Positions 46,283 through 54,926 of a stretch of DNA of 64,000 bases are shown here, piece by piece. The number at the start of each line of letters is the position of its first letter. Position 1 is the stretch's first letter. The DNA comes from Coriobacteriia bacterium. Its GTDB lineage: Bacteria; Actinomycetota; Coriobacteriia; Anaerosomatales; PHET01. The DNA is taken from positions 180,138 to 244,137 of the forward strand of contig DASRYH010000008.1 in assembly GCA_035687245.1 (NCBI GenBank), given 5' to 3'. Both the position numbers and the translations under genes were made by a program. The notes under the pieces were generated by a model, which had not been told where the DNA came from, did not search any database, and was given only the letters and a program-made list of their open reading frames with translations.

Positions 46283-47577
46283 TCTGGAACCCCGAGTACG
46301 AGTGTATGGATCGAGACGCCCTGCGCGAGCTGCAGCTCCGGCGGCTCCAGATGACCGTCTCGTGGACCTACGAGCGCGTGTCGCACTACCGCGATCAGAT
46401 GGATGCCGCAGGAGTGAAGCCGCGTGACATCCGCACCCTCGATGACGTGCGCAAACTCCCGTACACCGATAAGACCGCCTTGCGCGACACCTACCCCTTC
46501 GGCATGTTCGCGCTGCCGCTGGACGAGGTCGTGCGAGTGCACAGTTCGAGCGGTACCACCGGCAAGCCTATCGTGGTGGGCTACTCGCGCGGCGACATCA
46601 ACACGTGGACGGACTTGACCGCACGGGTTGCGAGCGCGGCGGGCGTCAACCGCCACGACCTTGTGGATATGGCCTTCCTCTACGGCATGTTCACCGGCGG
46701 CTGGGGCATGCACTACGGCATCGAGCGCATTGGGGCGACGATCATCCCGGCTGGGTCGGGACAGACTGAGCGCCACCTCATGATGATGAAGGACTTCGGC
46801 ACGACGGTGCTTGTTGGTACCCCGAGTTACGCGCTCTACCTCGCCGAACAGGCCGAAGCTGCCGGAATCAACTTCGCCGACCTCTCGCTGCGTCTGGGTC
46901 TATTCGGCGGGGAGCCTTGCTCCGACAAGATGAAGGAAGAGATCGAGCAGCGCCTTCAGATCCGGGCAACCGACAACTATGGCCTGTCGGAGGTCATGGG
47001 ACCGGGCGTGGCCGGCGAATGCGAGTGCGGCTGCGGACTCCATGTTGCCGAAGACCACTTCCTTCTCGAGCTCATCGACCCGGAGTCCGGCGAGCCGGTC
47101 GGCTCGGGTGAGCAGGGCGAACTCGTAATCACGACGCTCACCAAAGAGGCCTTCCCGGTGCTTCGCTATCGCACGCACGACCTCACGACTCTCGACGAGG
47201 CGCGATGCGAGTGCGGGCGCACCCTTGCCCGTATGCGAAAGGTGCGCGCCCGTACCGACGATATGCTCATCATTCGGGGCGTGAACGTCTTCCCGAGCCA
47301 GATCGAGGATGTGCTCTTCCAAATCGAGGGGATTCGCCCGCACTACCTGATCGTCGTAGACCGCAAGCACAACCTCGACGATCTCGAGGTTCGCATCGAA
47401 GTCGAGCCTGCGGTCTTTTCCGATATCATGGCCGATATGGTGGCGTTTCAGCGCAACGTGGCCGACAAGTTGCAGTCAGTTCTCGGGCTCAGGGCTAAGA
47501 TCAAGCTGGTCGAACCCGGTGCCATCGAGCGTAGTGCGGGTAAGAGCAAACGAGTGCTCGACCTGCGTGACGCGTAA
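46279..47577 (+). CDS. paaK: Phenylacetate-CoA ligase (copy 2)
   Basis: The start is an ATGA overlap with livF. The product shows VHSSSGTTGKP and SAGKSKRVLDLR. Confidence 0.9.
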   Translation: MIWNPEYECMDRDALRELQLRRLQMTVSWTYERVSHYRDQMDAAGVKPRDIRTLDDVRKLPYTDKTALRDTYPFGMFALPLDEVVRVHSSSGTTGKPIVVGYSRGDINTWTDLTARVASAAGVNRHDLVDMAFLYGMFTGGWGMHYGIERIGATIIPAGSGQTERHLMMMKDFGTTVLVGTPSYALYLAEQAEAAGINFADLSLRLGLFGGEPCSDKMKEEIEQRLQIRATDNYGLSEVMGPGVAGECECGCGLHVAEDHFLLELIDPESGEPVGSGEQGELVITTLTKEAFPVLRYRTHDLTTLDEARCECGRTLARMRKVRARTDDMLIIRGVNVFPSQIEDVLFQIEGIRPHYLIVVDRKHNLDDLEVRIEVEPAVFSDIMADMVAFQRNVADKLQSVLGLRAKIKLVEPGAIERSAGKSKRVLDLRDA

Positions 47578-47619
47578 GAAGTCGCTTCCGGCGGTTCGCA
47601 ATCGAACGAAGGGACGTCC

Positions 47620-48162
47620 GTGGCCATCTGGGCCTGGATAGTTGTCGGTGTGGGCGCGGTCCTGATAGTGGTCGCCGCTGTGGTGGTCTCGGTCATCGCG
47701 TGGCGTACCTACAGGCGTCGCATGTTGCTGCGCCTGCTGGTACGAGCGGAGGCGGTCCAGGCCGCCGGCAGCGCCCTGCGCGACACCGTGCTGCGGCTCG
47801 CCGACGGGCCTATTGAGGAGCTGCAGGTCTTCATCGACGACCCGGATTCGGTCGAGCGTCGCGCCATGGCTGAGGTGCGGTCCCGCGCGGGCATGCTCTA
47901 CGACGAACTAGATCGCATGGCGTTGCCTAAGTCACTCATTCCGGTCGCCGAGGCCTTGGCCGACGCCGCGTATGCCACCTATGAGCAGGCCGGATGCGTC
48001 GCCGATGCCGATAGCAGCAACGATGCGCTCGACCATCTGGCGGGCATCAAGCTGGAGAAGGTGCGTACCTACTCCCTGAAGGCGCGCACGCTCGTTGCCG
48101 GTGCCTGTGACGTGTGCGGACTCGACGACACTGCCGTCTACGGCGGAGGGTTGTACTTGTGA
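47620..48162 (+). CDS. Hypothetical membrane-anchored protein
   Basis: It has a single N-terminal TM helix (IWAWIVVGVGAVLIVVAAVVVSVIAW). I recognise no other motif. Confidence 0.45.
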   Translation: MAIWAWIVVGVGAVLIVVAAVVVSVIAWRTYRRRMLLRLLVRAEAVQAAGSALRDTVLRLADGPIEELQVFIDDPDSVERRAMAEVRSRAGMLYDELDRMALPKSLIPVAEALADAAYATYEQAGCVADADSSNDALDHLAGIKLEKVRTYSLKARTLVAGACDVCGLDDTAVYGGGLYL

Positions 48163-48623
48163 CGATGTCGCTCGACAAGCTGATTAAGGGCGTTGCTGGC
48201 GCAATCGTTCTCGTGTTCCTGTTCCTCGTGATGTCGAACTGGTGGGGCGACTTCAAGACAGCTTCTGAGGCTGCCAAGGCTGCAGGTACCGAGACAAGCT
48301 CAACGGCGACTCCCGCCGCCGCTCCGCAGGGGGAGGGGAGCAAGCCCGCTGCCAGCACAGATGCCAGCGCAGGTGCTTCGGCAGGCGACTCCACGCCCTC
48401 AGACACCGCCGCGCAGGCCAGTAAGGGCACTGTGGTTGTGATGATCGAGGGCCTGAACTTCCGGGAGAAGGCCGATAGAGGGTCGAAGGCCATTCGCGCG
48501 CTGTCGAAGGGCGAGAAGGTGGAGCTGCTCGACACCATCGACTCTTGGTACCAGGTGAAAGACAAGAACGGGGACATCGGGTGGATTTCCTCGAATCGGG
48601 CGTACGCGAAGGTGGAGAAGTAG
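48159..48623 (+). CDS. Membrane-anchored bacterial SH3 domain protein
   Basis: The start is a GTGA overlap with GGAGGG 8 nt upstream. A TM helix and an Ala/Ser/Thr-rich linker precede LNFREKADRGSKAIRALSKGEKVELLDTIDSWYQVKDKNGDIGWISSNR (SH3_3 pattern). Confidence 0.6.
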   Translation: MTMSLDKLIKGVAGAIVLVFLFLVMSNWWGDFKTASEAAKAAGTETSSTATPAAAPQGEGSKPAASTDASAGASAGDSTPSDTAAQASKGTVVVMIEGLNFREKADRGSKAIRALSKGEKVELLDTIDSWYQVKDKNGDIGWISSNRAYAKVEK

Positions 48624-48628
48624 TCCAG

Positions 48629-48976
48629 ATGCGCATAATCGGCGCTGCCGACGAGTTCTGGCGGCTCAGGGTGACTCGGGTGGACGTTGCAGACGGCCTC
48701 GACTTCGAATGGCACCCGGACATCCTTTACCGGCGGCCCAGTGTCGGGCAGATCGATGAAGTAGAGACGTGGTACGTCGAGGCGGTCAAGCTTGATGACG
48801 TAGAGACGGTTGTGCGCGTTGCCGGTTTTGCGGAGCGCGATGACGCGGACAAGTTCGTCCAGCGGGCGACAGATGACCTCGCGGAGATGACGAAGAGTCA
48901 GTTCGAGGATGCGTACCTGTCTGGTGATGTCGCAGATGCAGACGATTCCGAGGATGGTTCGTCCGAGGCGCTCTAG
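48629..48976 (+). CDS. Hypothetical acidic protein (115 aa)
   Basis: The ORF starts 5 nt after the previous stop. I recognise no motif. Confidence 0.4.
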   Translation: MRIIGAADEFWRLRVTRVDVADGLDFEWHPDILYRRPSVGQIDEVETWYVEAVKLDDVETVVRVAGFAERDDADKFVQRATDDLAEMTKSQFEDAYLSGDVADADDSEDGSSEAL

Positions 48977-49283
48977 GCCCAGCCGCGTGTCGGAGAGGCG
49001 CCTTCACCGTTGGCGAGAGCCGCGCGCAGGAGGGCGGTCAGCGGGAATCCCCATCGATGCACGTAAGGGGACGAAGCTTTAAACAGAGATGCGACATAAG
49101 ATACGTTATCAGACATACGGGCATACTGTCGGAGAGAGGCTGTGAGAGCGCTTCTAACGTGTGCGACGTGCGCAAACACCCGTGACCACTCCTGCGCTAG
49201 AGCTGAAGCGGCCCCGGACCGCGCGTGCGCACAGCCCGGGGCCGTCAATGATGCAACGCCGCTTGCGCGACGATCGCAACTAC

Positions 49284-50618
49284 CTAGGCGTCGGCCTTAG
49301 CGGCCTCTGCTTGTGCCTCAGCGACGAATGACGGTGCATCTACCGCCAGTCCTTCGCTCTCCTTCGGCAGGATCAGGTTCAAGATGATGCCCACGACGGT
49401 TGCCAAGGCCATGCCCGGAATCGTGTACCGTCCGACCGGAATGGCGAAGCCACCGGTCTCCATGCCGATACCAATGACCAGAACGACGCTAGCGAGAATC
49501 AGGTTGCGGCTATGGCTGAAGTCGATGCCGCTGTCCACGAGCAGGCGCAGGCCGGAGCTCGCAATCAGGCCGAACAGAAGCAGCGAAATGCCGCCCATGA
49601 CCGGCGTCGGAATCGAGTTGATCACGGCGCTGAACTTCGGAATGAAGCCGCCGATGATGAATGCGAAGGCGCCGGCGAACCAGAAGATCTGGGTCGCGTA
49701 GACCTTCGTAACCGCCATGACGCCGATGTTCTCGGCATAGGTGGTCGACGGCGTGCCGCCCATCGCTCCAGAGATCGCGGTGGCGAGTCCGTCACCGAAC
49801 AGCGACTCAGGCAGCATGTCAGTGAAGTCCTTGCCCACGATCTCATTGATCACGAGCAGGTGGCCGATGTGCTCGACGACAACGACGATGGCGACCGGTG
49901 CGATGATCAGGATCGGGCCCAGCTCGAACGTCGGGAAGACGAGCTTAGGCAGACCGAACCACGCGGCATCCATGACCGGCTTGAAGTCCACCAGGCCGAA
50001 CGGAATCGCGGCCAGATAGCCCACGATGATGCCCATGAGGACCGGAATCGTCTTGAGGAAGCCCTTGAAGTACGACGAGAAGACGATCGCCGCGCCGAGC
50101 GTGATGCCCGCGATGGCAACCCTCTTGAGCTCGAGTCCCTGTGTCGGGTCCGCAAACGGGTACAACGACATCTTCACCGCGACCGCCGAAAGCCCAAGAC
50201 CAATGACGATGACAACGGCGCCAACGAGCGCCGGCGGGAGAATCTTGTTGAGCCAGGCGGTGCCGACTGCCTTGATGATCGCCGCGACGATCATGTAGAC
50301 GACACCGGCGGCGACGAGACCACCCAAGGCAGCCGGGATGTTCTCAGGCTTGCCTCCGATGACCGCGATAAGCGGCGCGATGAACGCGAAGCTCGAACCA
50401 AGGTAGCTCGGGATCTTGTTGCGCACACAAATCAGGTACAGGATCGTGCCGATACCGGAGGTCATCAGACCGATTCCGGGATCGAGGCCGGTGAGAATCG
50501 GTACGAGAACAGTCGCGCCGAACATGGCCATGAGGTGCTGTAGCGCGAGCGGAATCGCGCGTGTCAGCGGCAGTACATCGTCGGTCTGAATGACGCCTTG
50601 GTTGTCAGCCACTACCAC
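49284..50618 (-). CDS. NCS2 family uracil/xanthine permease
   Basis: The product shows LALQHLMAMFGATVLVPILTG and SYLGSSFAFIAP. Confidence 0.85.
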   Translation of the reverse strand: MVVADNQGVIQTDDVLPLTRAIPLALQHLMAMFGATVLVPILTGLDPGIGLMTSGIGTILYLICVRNKIPSYLGSSFAFIAPLIAVIGGKPENIPAALGGLVAAGVVYMIVAAIIKAVGTAWLNKILPPALVGAVVIVIGLGLSAVAVKMSLYPFADPTQGLELKRVAIAGITLGAAIVFSSYFKGFLKTIPVLMGIIVGYLAAIPFGLVDFKPVMDAAWFGLPKLVFPTFELGPILIIAPVAIVVVVEHIGHLLVINEIVGKDFTDMLPESLFGDGLATAISGAMGGTPSTTYAENIGVMAVTKVYATQIFWFAGAFAFIIGGFIPKFSAVINSIPTPVMGGISLLLFGLIASSGLRLLVDSGIDFSHSRNLILASVVLVIGIGMETGGFAIPVGRYTIPGMALATVVGIILNLILPKESEGLAVDAPSFVAEAQAEAAKADA

Positions 50619-50636
50619 TCTCCTTTCCTAGAGGAA

Positions 50637-50656
50637 GGGCCCGGTTGCCCGGGCCC
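50637..50656 (-). terminator. GC hairpin between the two permease genes
   Basis: GGGCCCGG-(4 nt)-CCGGGCCC is a perfect 8-bp stem. On the minus strand it is followed by TTCCTCT and then the RBS of the downstream permease. Confidence 0.45.
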
Positions 50657-50672
50657 TGTGATTTTGCGGGGT

Positions 50673-52100
50673 TTAGCCTGCGATGAGGGCGTTGATCGGG
50701 CCCTGGAGGAACATCACCAGGAACGCGAGCGACGCGACCCACATGAGGGCGTGGACCTCGCCGGCCTTGCCCTTGAAGATCTTGAGCAGCACGTAGCTGA
50801 TGAAGCCAAAGCCGATGCCGTAGCTGATGTTGTAGGTCAGCGGGATACCAACGATGGTCAAGAAGGCCGGGAAGGCGTTCTCCAGGTCGTCCCAGGAGAT
50901 CTCCTTGACCAGACGCATCATCAGGTAGCCGACCACGATCAGTGCACCAGCAGTGATCGGGTAGACGTAGAAGTCCGGGTTGACCTTGGCGATGTCGAAG
51001 CCCGAGCCCACATAGGAGCTGTAGTGCTCAGCGGCGCCGGTGTTGAAGCCGCCACCCACCATGGCGACGAGCGGCGAGAAGAACGCCGCGAGTGCGAAGA
51101 AGACGCCGGTGACGATGGCGGTAAGACCAGTGCGTCCACCCTCGGCGACACCAGCGGCGGACTCGATGTAAGTCGTGATCGAACTGGCGCCGAACAGGCC
51201 ACCGACGCTTGCGGCGACGGAGTCGACTGCGAGGATGTTGCGGATGCCCGGAACCTCGCCGTCCTTGCCCACGAAGCCAGCCTGCTCGCCGACGGAGATG
51301 ACGGTGCCCATGGTGTCAAAGAAGTCAGAGAGCATGACCGCGAAGACCGCGAACAGCAGGGCCGGCGTGAACATCTGCGCGATAGCCAAACCGCCCTTGA
51401 CCTGCTGGAACGGTGCAAAGAAGGTCGAGAAGTCCGGTGCGGCGACGACCGCGGTCGGCAGGCTCGTGACCTTGAAGAGCAGCGCGGCTGCTGTGGCCAC
51501 GAGGATGCCCCAGAGGATGTCGCCCTTCACCTTCAGTGCCATGAAGATGAGGATCGAGACCAAACCGATAACCGTGACCCAGACGTAGGGCTGGGAGAAG
51601 CTGCCCAGGGTGACCATCGTGTTGGGGTCCGGCTTGATGAAGCCGCCCTCGAACAGGCCGATGGTGGTGATGAACAGGCCGATGCCTACGCCGATGGCGC
51701 GCTTGAGCTCCATCGGGATGGCGTTCATGATCGCCTCGCGAAGACCGGTCATGACCAGCACGAGGATGATGAGACCCTCGACGAAGATGACCGACATGCC
51801 GACCTGCCACGGCACGTTCGCCTGCTGGAAGCCGATTATCGAGAAGGTCACAACGGCGTTCAGGCCCATGCCCGATGCCAGTGCGAACGGCCTGTTGCTG
51901 ATAAGGCCCATCGAGATACACATCAGAGCAGCACCGAGCGCGGTTGCCGTTGCGGCGCCAGCGAACGGCACGCCCGCAGCAGAAAGAATGCCCGGATTGA
52001 CGAAGACGATGTATGCCATCGTCAAGAACGTGGTGAAGCCGGCCAGGATCTCAGTCTTGAGATCCGTTCCGCGCTCCGAGAACTTGAAGAACCCCTCCAT
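50673..52100 (-). CDS. NCS2 family purine permease (AzgA/PbuG-like adenine/guanine/hypoxanthine permease)
   Basis: FFKFSERGTDLKTEILAGFTTFLTMAYIVFVNP is a typical AzgA-type N-terminus. I prefer ATG 52100 because GAGG lies 8 nt upstream. The longest ORF starts at GTG 52109. Confidence 0.85.
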   Translation of the reverse strand: MEGFFKFSERGTDLKTEILAGFTTFLTMAYIVFVNPGILSAAGVPFAGAATATALGAALMCISMGLISNRPFALASGMGLNAVVTFSIIGFQQANVPWQVGMSVIFVEGLIILVLVMTGLREAIMNAIPMELKRAIGVGIGLFITTIGLFEGGFIKPDPNTMVTLGSFSQPYVWVTVIGLVSILIFMALKVKGDILWGILVATAAALLFKVTSLPTAVVAAPDFSTFFAPFQQVKGGLAIAQMFTPALLFAVFAVMLSDFFDTMGTVISVGEQAGFVGKDGEVPGIRNILAVDSVAASVGGLFGASSITTYIESAAGVAEGGRTGLTAIVTGVFFALAAFFSPLVAMVGGGFNTGAAEHYSSYVGSGFDIAKVNPDFYVYPITAGALIVVGYLMMRLVKEISWDDLENAFPAFLTIVGIPLTYNISYGIGFGFISYVLLKIFKGKAGEVHALMWVASLAFLVMFLQGPINALIAG

Positions 52101-52229
52101 GCATTTCACCTCTTTACTAGGGAAACAGCGTCCTTGTAAGGCATCAGTCGCGTGTTGGCAGCACGCCTAGCCCGACACCCCCTTCACACCCCTCGCGTCC
52201 CCAGACCTTGCGTCCACAAGTTCCATCCC

Positions 52230-52673
52230 TCAGCGCTCCACAAAGAGAGAGCCTAGATAGCGCGGACGTGCCGAAGCGCCTTCGGCGAGCACAGCAACGA
52301 CATCTGCGGCCATTGGCGGACGCAAGTCGAGTGTGAGTAGCTCATCGGGAGTAACGAGGTCGACTGCAACAACGCGGTCGTCCTCGGGAGTAGACGTGAT
52401 CTCACCGCCAGTGATCCTCGCGGACATGACGACGTTCACAACGTGACGGCTGCCGTTGGGATCGATGGTGTCGGAGACGATGAGCGGTTCGCCGACGGTG
52501 GCGACAAGCCCGGTCTCTTCACGAACCTCTCGTACAAGTGCGTCGCCGACGGTCTCGCGGTAGTCGACGCCGCCACCGGGAAGCAGGTGATACTCGGTGG
52601 TGCCGGCGCGATGTCGGACGACCACTATGCGGCCGTCGATCGTCATGAGGGCTGCTACGCGAATGCGGGGCAT
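52230..52673 (-). CDS. NUDIX hydrolase
   Basis: The Nudix box is GGGVDYRETVGDALVREVREETGL. ATG 52673 lies 1 nt after the dut stop. Confidence 0.8.
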   Translation of the reverse strand: MPRIRVAALMTIDGRIVVVRHRAGTTEYHLLPGGGVDYRETVGDALVREVREETGLVATVGEPLIVSDTIDPNGSRHVVNVVMSARITGGEITSTPEDDRVVAVDLVTPDELLTLDLRPPMAADVVAVLAEGASARPRYLGSLFVER

Positions 52674-52674
52674 C

Positions 52675-53106
52675 TCAGAGACCCGTGCTGCCAAAGCCGC
52701 CCTCCCCCCGCACCGTAGAATCGAGCCCATCAACTTCGATGACTTCGCAACGTTCCACACGCTGAATGACCAGCTGCGCGACCTTGTCGCACTTCCTGAT
52801 CTCTATTGGTGTGGAGGAGTCGAGATTGATGGCGATAAGCATGATCTCGCCGCGGTAGTGGCTGTCGATCAGGCCGGGAGTGTTCACGAAAGAGAGGCCG
52901 TGACGCAGGGCGAGACCGCTCCTGGGCTGCACGAAGCCTGCATAGCCTTCCGGAATGGCCACAGCGATGCCGGTGCGCACAAGGAGGCGATGTCCCGCCG
53001 CAATGGTTGCATCCTCGGCAGCGAAGAGGTCAAGACCGGCGTCGCCGTCGTGTGCGTAGCGCGGGATGGGCAGATCGGAGTCGAGTCGAGACACACGCAG
53101 CTGCAC
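52675..53106 (-). CDS. dut: dUTP diphosphatase
   Basis: The product shows [28 protein letters not shown] and a GFGSTG tail. Confidence 0.9.
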   Translation of the reverse strand: MQLRVSRLDSDLPIPRYAHDGDAGLDLFAAEDATIAAGHRLLVRTGIAVAIPEGYAGFVQPRSGLALRHGLSFVNTPGLIDSHYRGEIMLIAINLDSSTPIEIRKCDKVAQLVIQRVERCEVIEVDGLDSTVRGEGGFGSTGL

Positions 53107-53110
53107 GGCG

Positions 53111-53557
53111 CTAGCTCAACCCCTTGAGCTCAGATGTGAACTCGTCGAGGTCCTGGAACTGCTTGTAGACCGATGCGAAGCGCACGTAGGCGACCTTGTC
53201 GAGGTCACGAAGGCGCAGCAACACCATGTCCCCCAGCCGAGTGGAGTCGACTTCGTAGCGGAACTCGTTGTGGAGTTCGCTCTCGATGTCATCGATCAAA
53301 GCTTCGAGGCGCTCGATGCCGACGTCGCGCTTGGCGGTGGCAACGAGAAGCCCCCGGAGGAGCTTGCCGCGATCGAAAGGTTCTGGGGTGCCGCCGCGCT
53401 TCACGACCATAAGAGGCATCTCTTCGCGACGCTCGTAGGTGGTGAATCTCTCGGCGCAGTTCAGACACTCGCGTCGACGTCTAATGGCGTCTTGAGACTC
53501 CGAGGTGCGGGAGTCGACGACCTTGGTTTCGTCGTGACCGCAGAACGGACAGCGCAT
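53111..53557 (-). CDS. nrdR: Transcriptional repressor NrdR
   Basis: [19 protein letters not shown]...[16 protein letters not shown] is a zinc ribbon, followed by an ATP-cone. Confidence 0.9.
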   Translation of the reverse strand: MRCPFCGHDETKVVDSRTSESQDAIRRRRECLNCAERFTTYERREEMPLMVVKRGGTPEPFDRGKLLRGLLVATAKRDVGIERLEALIDDIESELHNEFRYEVDSTRLGDMVLLRLRDLDKVAYVRFASVYKQFQDLDEFTSELKGLS

Positions 53558-53698
53558 GGCCCTCTCCCCTATATCTTGGCTTGCCATGAAAGGTAGCACA
53601 CAAGATATGGGGCATCAACAAGTGCAGGGAACCATGTTCTTCCAGTTGAGGCTGCGAGATGCGCGTGTCTCGCGAACCCTCAGGACGCACGTGAGGGG

Positions 53699-54040
53699 TT
53701 ACCGCATGGCAACAGCATCTTGGAAGGTTTCAGAGGCCGGAACCCTCACCACCATGCCGGCAGCCAGCGTGGCGCCGGAAAGCCCATTGAGCTTCTGAAT
53801 CTCGGCGACCTTCTCAGCCGTAGACAGGCCGGGGAGTTCGACATCCTGCGCGATCTCCCAGAGCGTCTGGCCCTCGACGATACGAATCGCGCTTGTGCGG
53901 CGCATCTCAACGTGCCGCGTGAGTCCGGTGGAAGACGCGGCCGCGAACAGCGCAACGAGCAGGCCTACGACGATGATGATGTCGCGGGCGGTCAGCCCCT
54001 GGGCTGTGGCAACGCGAGCTCTGTGGGTTCGGTTAGTCAT
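53699..54040 (-). CDS. LysM domain membrane protein (position of mycobacterial LexA-regulated ChiZ/Rv2719c)
   Basis: A TM helix precedes the LysM core IVEGQTLWEIAQDV...EIQKLNGLSGATLAAGMVVRVP. It is divergent from lexA with shared LexA boxes. Confidence 0.75.
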   Translation of the reverse strand: MTNRTHRARVATAQGLTARDIIIVVGLLVALFAAASSTGLTRHVEMRRTSAIRIVEGQTLWEIAQDVELPGLSTAEKVAEIQKLNGLSGATLAAGMVVRVPASETFQDAVAMR

Positions 54041-54122
54041 CGGAAGAGCCCTCCTTCATGAGGTCCGGCTGTCGTGGACCACCCTACGCAAGGGGTCTGA
54101 CATCGATTGGCGTCTCAGAAAA

Positions 54123-54136
54123 CGAACAGGTGTTCG
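54123..54136. promoter_or_regulatory. LexA box 1 (perfect CGAAC-N4-GTTCG)
   Basis: CGAACAGGTGTTCG matches the Gram-positive/actinobacterial SOS box GAAC-N4-GTTC exactly. Confidence 0.7.
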
Positions 54137-54150
54137 TATCCGTAGAATAG

Positions 54151-54164
54151 CAAACATCTGTTCG
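54151..54164. promoter_or_regulatory. LexA box 2 (CAAAC-N4-GTTCG, one mismatch)
   Basis: CAAACATCTGTTCG starts 28 bp after box 1. Confidence 0.5.
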
Positions 54165-54180
54165 ATTGCAAGGGCAGAAT

Positions 54181-54194
54181 CGAACGCGTGTTTG
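54181..54194. promoter_or_regulatory. LexA box 3 (CGAAC-N4-GTTTG, one mismatch)
   Basis: CGAACGCGTGTTTG starts 30 bp after box 2 and lies 59 nt upstream of the lexA ATG. Confidence 0.55.
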
Positions 54195-54252
54195 CATGCC
54201 GGTAAAGTTACGGCTAGACTCGGGTCAGATAGCCGTCGATGGAGGGGACCCA

Positions 54253-54876
54253 ATGGGTTACCAGCGCGAACTCACACGTCGCCAGCAGGAGATTCTCGAC
54301 TTCATCCGTGCCGATATTCACCGCCGCGGCTATCCGCCGAGTGTGCGCGAGATCGGTGAGGCCATCGGCCTGTCGTCGTCATCTACCGTGCACTCGCACC
54401 TTGCCGCGCTCGAGACCAAGGGCTTCATTCGCAGAGACCCGTCCAAGCCGCGCGCCCTTGAAGTACTCGACTTCAGGGACACGGACGCTGCTATCGACAT
54501 GGGCCGCGTTCATGCGGTGCCGGTGGTGGGACAGGTTGCGGCAGGCCAGCCGATCCTGGCGGCCGAGAACATCGAGCAGACCCTCCCCTTGCCGGCGGAG
54601 TTCTCCGGCGAGCAGACGTTCATCCTCCGCGTTCGCGGCGAGTCGATGATCGAGGCCGGCATCTTGGACGGCGACTACGTGGTGGTCAAGCAGCAGAACT
54701 TCGCGAACAACGGCGAGATCGTTGTTGCGATGATCGAGGACGAAGCGACCGTCAAGACCTTCTACAAGGAGGCCGACCGGATCCGCCTGCAGCCCGAGAA
54801 CCGCACCATGGAGCCGATCTACGCACGCGACGTGCAAGTGCTCGGCAAGGTCGTCGCGCTCTTCCGCCGCGTCTAA
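54253..54876 (+). CDS. lexA: LexA repressor
   Basis: [12 protein letters not shown]...[37 protein letters not shown] is followed by the S24 peptidase part with GESM and KTF. GGAGGGG lies upstream of ATG 54253. Confidence 0.9.
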   Translation: MGYQRELTRRQQEILDFIRADIHRRGYPPSVREIGEAIGLSSSSTVHSHLAALETKGFIRRDPSKPRALEVLDFRDTDAAIDMGRVHAVPVVGQVAAGQPILAAENIEQTLPLPAEFSGEQTFILRVRGESMIEAGILDGDYVVVKQQNFANNGEIVVAMIEDEATVKTFYKEADRIRLQPENRTMEPIYARDVQVLGKVVALFRRV

Positions 54877-54926
54877 GAGACCCCATGCGGGGCTCGTCGG
54901 CCCGTGAGGCAGCGCCAGCCGACGGA

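Noticed and set aside
50598-52139. 513-aa plus-strand ORF
   Set aside because: It is antisense to the AzgA/PbuG-like permease. The translation is D/E/R/H/G-rich and low-complexity, whereas the minus-strand product has textbook NCS2 features.
52101-52229. Possible purine riboswitch upstream of the purine permease (minus strand)
   Set aside because: The reverse-complemented leader shows no resemblance to the conserved purine-riboswitch loops or junction as I recall them. Only an RBS (AAAGAGG) was evident. An Rfam scan would settle it.
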